Origin: Macrostomum lignano
Taxonomy: Eukaryota
NCBI GenBank assembly: GCA_002269645.1
Contig: NIVC01000522.1
Coordinates: 372,001-436,000 of the forward strand
Direction: 5' to 3'
Length of the DNA: 64,000 bases
Of the stretch, positions 59,901 through 64,000 are shown one piece after another. The notes below the pieces were generated by a model that was not told where the DNA came from, did not search any database, and saw only the letters and a program-made list of their open reading frames with translations. The translations under genes and the position numbers were made by a program. Every line of letters begins with the position of its first letter. The first letter of the stretch is position 1.

Positions 59901-60804
59901 GAACAGCCGTACGCAGCCTTCAGATGCGCCGCGCAATAGCTGCGGCTGAGCTGTCGGTTGCACATCTGCTTATTTTGGCAGGTGTAATCAATTATTTTTA
60001 TTATTGCTTGACGGAGATTTGACGGAATGCTCGAGAGACGAGCTGAGGATGTCCAGCAGTTGAGGTTTGCCATAGTCACCTGGTCCCACCTGTTGAAGGT
60101 CCAGAAGCTCCGCCTGGGTGAAGGCCAGTGACCAACGAAGTCACAGCTGATGCAGACACATGTTGTCGACGTGCTGATGAAATTTAGAGGCTTGGACGGC
60201 TGCCCTGAGGTGTATTAATACACTGGCGCTTATGGAAAAGATCTGACCTTCTGGCAGAATCGTCGAATATCTCGACAGTCCAGAGGGCTGGCGACTTGAT
60301 TCTTGTTCGAGAAGGTGCGCTACAAAAAGTTAGCCTTAGAAGATTCTGGAATTTCGTGTGCCTGCGTTGCTCCGTTCCGGCGCAGCAAAAATCGTCAGGG
60401 ATCGGTGGAGTTTCCGAGGTAGTTCGACGGGCGGAAAATGGCTTGGTGTTCCTACTGTTAAGGAAAAAAAATTAAAGCAAAAAAGCCTCCTATAAGCCAT
60501 GTCTTTACAACCCTGACTCGGTGACTCTTAATCTTCCCAATAGTTTCTTGGCTTACCAAAAACTCCCAATTGAGGAGCCTCGTCACCTCAGCAATCCTCC
60601 ATTAGGTCTGATGATCGGTTATAAAACAAGCAAGCGGAACTATTGCTTTTTCTGTCATACACAAATGCCATTGCAAGCGCCGGCTTAAAATTATTGAGGC
60701 CCCGTACATAAAGAACCCGCAAACCAACTCTGAAATGACAACTGACGCCTGTGCGCTCCTGGGCGTCTTCTAATGTACAGCCACCCAACTCTCTCTCTCT
60801 CTCT

Positions 60805-60835
<31 letters not shown>

Positions 60836-60869
60836 CCCCTCTCTCTCTCCTCTCTCTCTCTCTCTCCCC

Positions 60870-60911
<42 letters not shown>

Positions 60912-61969
60912 TCTCTCTCTCCCTTTCTCTGTCTCTCTCTAGACTAAGACACAAGTACTTCTATCTCTCTCTCCCTCTCTCCCAGGTATGCACAGCGGCA
61001 CAGTGATTTCTGGGGTGGTAGGCCTGAAACTGCCTCGCTACTGCCTGTTTGGCGATGTGGTCAACACGGCCTCCCGGATGGAGTCCAACAGCGCCAGCCA
61101 GAAGATTCACATCAGCGATGCCACTAAAGCCCGTCTGGACGCTTATAAAGTCTACCAGACGTCTCCCCGCGGGGAAGTTGAGATTAAAGTGAGTCTGATA
61201 TACAACTATGCTGATTTTTGTAGGTGTAACTGTGTACAGGTAAAACCCTCGTTACTCAGGTAAAACCATTAACTCAGGTAAAACCCTCGGTACTCAGGTA
61301 AAACCCTCGGTTACTCAGGTAGGTAAAACCATCGGTAACTCAGGTAAAACCCTCGGTACTCAGGTAAAACTCAGGTAAAACCCTCGGTAACTCAGGTAAA
61401 ACCATCGGTTACTCAGGTAAACCCTCGGTTACTCAGGTAAACCCTCGGTTACTCAGGTAAACCCTCGGTTACTCAGGTAAACCCTCGGTTACTCAGGTAA
61501 ACCCTCGGTTACTCAGGTAAACCCTCGGTTACTCAGGTAAACCTCGGTTACTCAGGTAAACCCTGAGCTCCTTATTGTTTACTAGAGTTCAACTTCTCAC
61601 CCAGGTTTACTAATCCTAACCCTCTCTCAAAGTTAAGACCATTTTCTTTGCAACACGGGCAGCAAAGTTATGAACAATCCTCCACCGCATGTCACTGTCA
61701 AGGGCAAAGGCAAGATGACAACCTACTGGCTGGACGGCCGCCCGTCCAGCAAGACTGACACGGCCGTGTCCAAGCTGCTGTCCGCCCTTGACCGGGAGCG
61801 CCAGAAACTGTCAGGCAATGTGAGCTCATCGGCCACCGCTCACGGCTGGAGCGAAATCGAGGAGACTCGGAACGCATCGAACATCAGCCACGTGAGCGAG
61901 GTGTCCGCTAAGCTGGAGGCGATGCGGCCTCAGACACCCGACAGCCCAGCGCCGGGACAGAAGAAATGA
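56990..61969 (+). CDS. Gyc88E: Atypical soluble guanylyl cyclase, Gyc88E/beta-3 type (682 aa; H-NOX, PAS/HNOBA, coiled coil, cyclase)
   Basis: Exons 56990-57553, 58106-58300, 58378-58492, 58582-58931, 59317-59671, 60986-61188, 61703-61969 (2049 nt). MYGLLLE start, LDNLHEYL (His104), [41 protein letters not shown]. Confidence 0.93.
57770..58065. repeat. CT-rich low-complexity tract
   Basis: Cyclase intron 1. Confidence 0.85.
58970..59213 (-). mobile_element. SINE family A, intact head, internal deletion
   Basis: Head TAGCCCAGTGGTCCAAGGCG...GGCTCGATTCC; lacks part of the 3' body; in cyclase intron 4. Confidence 0.85.
59703..60005 (+). mobile_element. tRNA-derived SINE, family B, CORE-like central domain
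   Basis: A box TAGTCTAGTGG, B box GGTTCAATTC, TTTGAGCAAGACACTCAACTC...CTGTAAAATGGG, (TTA)n tail. Confidence 0.7.
60788..60982. repeat. (CT)n tract
   Basis: Runs up to the acceptor of cyclase exon 6. Confidence 0.93.
61235..61565. repeat. ~20-bp minisatellite (ACTCAGGTAAACCCTCGGTT)
   Basis: Cyclase intron 6. Confidence 0.93.
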
Positions 61970-62764
61970 AACTTAATGTTGCTTGATGCCTTAGTTTTTT
62001 TAGAAACTCTAGTTTAATAAGCGCAAAAATTTATTTTACGTTACAGTTTTGTCGCTCTTTTTTTGTAGGTTTCCTAGTATTTTATTACCCTAGTAATGTT
62101 GCGTAATGCTTTATAATGTTGCTCATGTTGCTAAAACCCTAGACAGTTCACTGACGTTTCGGTGTTAATATTCGTTCAAGCTACTTTTCTGTCAGTAGTC
62201 TGAACGAGTATCTACGGCTTAAGTTTGAAAAAAAACAGAAAAAAAATTTATTTGTTTCTCTACTTGTATAGTTAGAAGTTACAGTTAGAAAATATTTTAA
62301 AATCATTACATAGAATAAAATCAAATTATTGGCAGCAATGCATGAATGTTTTAGCATAAATTTTTATATTTATTGAATCAGTGCACAGTGAACTATAAAC
62401 CTAGTGTTCTATAGTAACTCAATGTTGACTATAACTCCTATCTTAATTCTTGCTGTTTAATTCTATCCTAGCTACTAAATGCACTTTATTGCTACACATC
62501 TAAGGTAAATAAAAAGCACTTTAAGACAGACACAACTGTCAGTTGAGAACTGGGGTTCGCGCGCAAGTTCAAGCACAAATAATTCTTGGCACAGCAATGC
62601 ACTGTAAGCATTTCGCAAATGATCGATTTGTTTTTTTCTTGCACAGAACTGAATTGGGTTCCGCCGAAGACAACTTCGGTCAAGGAAACTTCGTCTACAG
62701 GGACAGGAACAGCCGATCTCGCCAGTATCTCATCGCTATCTCGCACGTGTCTCATCCTTATCTC

Positions 62765-63035
62765 CAGTATATCATCCCGATCTCGCTAGTATCTCATCCC
62801 GATCTCACTAGTATCTCATCCCGATCTCACTAGTATCTCATCCCCATCTCGCTAGTATCTCATCCCGATCTCGCTAGTATCTCATCCCTGTCTCACCAGT
62901 ATCTCATCCCTATCTCGCTAGTATCTTATCCCTATCTCGCTAGTATCTCATCCCTATCTCACCAGTATCTCATCCCTGTCTCACCAGTATCTCATCCCTG
63001 TCTCACAAGTATCTCATCCCTTATCCGACTATCTC
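62765..63035. repeat. 22-bp minisatellite (AGTATCTCATCCCGATCTCGCT)
   Basis: Tandem array. Confidence 0.92.
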
Positions 63036-63654
63036 ATCAGCGCCAGGCTATCAGCAAGGCTTCAAGCAGAGCCGCACCCAACACCCAATCACTGGATCGC
63101 TGCAGTCCTCATCTCCAGAGTCAACAACAGCCCGCAGCCTCTCAGGACTCAGAGGGTACGGGATTTGCCCCCCCCCTCCAGTCACAGCCGCCTTGAGTTA
63201 ATTGCCTACCAAACGGTCAGTCAGGGTGGATGGAGAATTGGTTTGCTACAAGCATTACAGAAATAAGCCAGCTAATGTGCGACTAGAAAGACCAGGAAAA
63301 GGCCATACAAGCCCTGTTGGGTCCCCGAACAACGAGTCGCACCATAAGCTATATTCGCATAAATTGTGCCGGCAGCCATGGAGTACAAAACTAGATGTCT
63401 AGATTTAGGAATTTTAACAGAAAAGTATTCAGTATTCCATTCCCTTAGTAGTTTAGTACGATGAGCTTTCTGTGAACAACTGATGTAGAAGCAAGCTGCA
63501 CTCGCAAGGGCACCCAGCTGCTCCTGTCTCTCAAAAAACTTTTGAGCTCAGCTTGGACAAAACACGCACTTGCTATCATTTGGAATTCGAGTCCATAACC
63601 ATTTTAGACGTGCTGTCACTTTAATCAATCCCTTTAATACCATAGACTACATTT

Positions 63655-64000
63655 AAGCTACAGAGAGGCGCCAGCTACAGAGGGGGCGCAAGCTACAGAG
63701 GGGGGTCACCAGCTACAGAGGGGCGCCAGCTACAGAGGGGGGCGCCAGCTACAGAGGGGGGCGCCAGCTACAGAGGGGGCGCCAGCTACAGAGGGGGAGC
63801 GCCAGCTACAGAGGGGGCGCCAGCTACAGAGGGGGCGCCAGCTACAGAGGGGGCGCCAGCTACAGAGGGGGCGCCAGCTACAGAGGGGGCGCCAGCTACA
63901 GAGGGGGCGCCAGCTACAGAGGGGGCGCCAGCTACAGAGGGGGGCGCCAGCTACAGAGGGAGCGCCAGCTACAGAGGGGCGCCAGCTACAGAGGGGCGCC
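63655..64000. repeat. 18-19-bp minisatellite (GGGGGCGCCAGCTACAGA)
   Basis: Runs off the right edge. Confidence 0.95.

Noticed and set aside
60010-60780. Possible minus-strand LINE endonuclease relic (LRVLYVRGL)
   Set aside because: Single weak motif, many stops; needs BLASTX.
62492-62755. Minus-strand ORF/terminal exon convergent on the cyclase
   Set aside because: Two frames are equally open, with no homology and no upstream exon identified.

Overview
Eukaryotic (animal) genomic DNA with spliceosomal GT-AG introns, GC-rich exons and introns packed with mini/microsatellites. The style suggests a flatworm such as Macrostomum lignano (inference, not verified). I hand-spliced these genes: GCN2 eIF2-alpha kinase (minus, runs off the left edge), a small single-pass membrane ORF just upstream of it, a 4-EF-hand calmodulin-like gene, a GH47 Golgi alpha-1,2-mannosidase, an 11-exon 578-aa coiled-coil protein starting MGCGSS, an FSIP1-like gene, two orphan coding loci, and a Gyc88E-type atypical soluble guanylyl cyclase. 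Mobile DNA: a young full-length Gypsy (Mag-like) LTR element with identical 314-bp LTRs inside a (GACA)n array, several tRNA-derived SINEs, a foldback-type element and a 35-bp mini-hairpin insertion. No rRNA, functional tRNA, CRISPR or prokaryotic system is supported. The best second-look items are two unannotated paralogous coding blocks (about 15.4 kb and 45 kb) that differ at synonymous positions, the predicted O2-sensing cyclase with an upstream X-box, the orphan genes, and an intron built from branch-point-consensus repeats.
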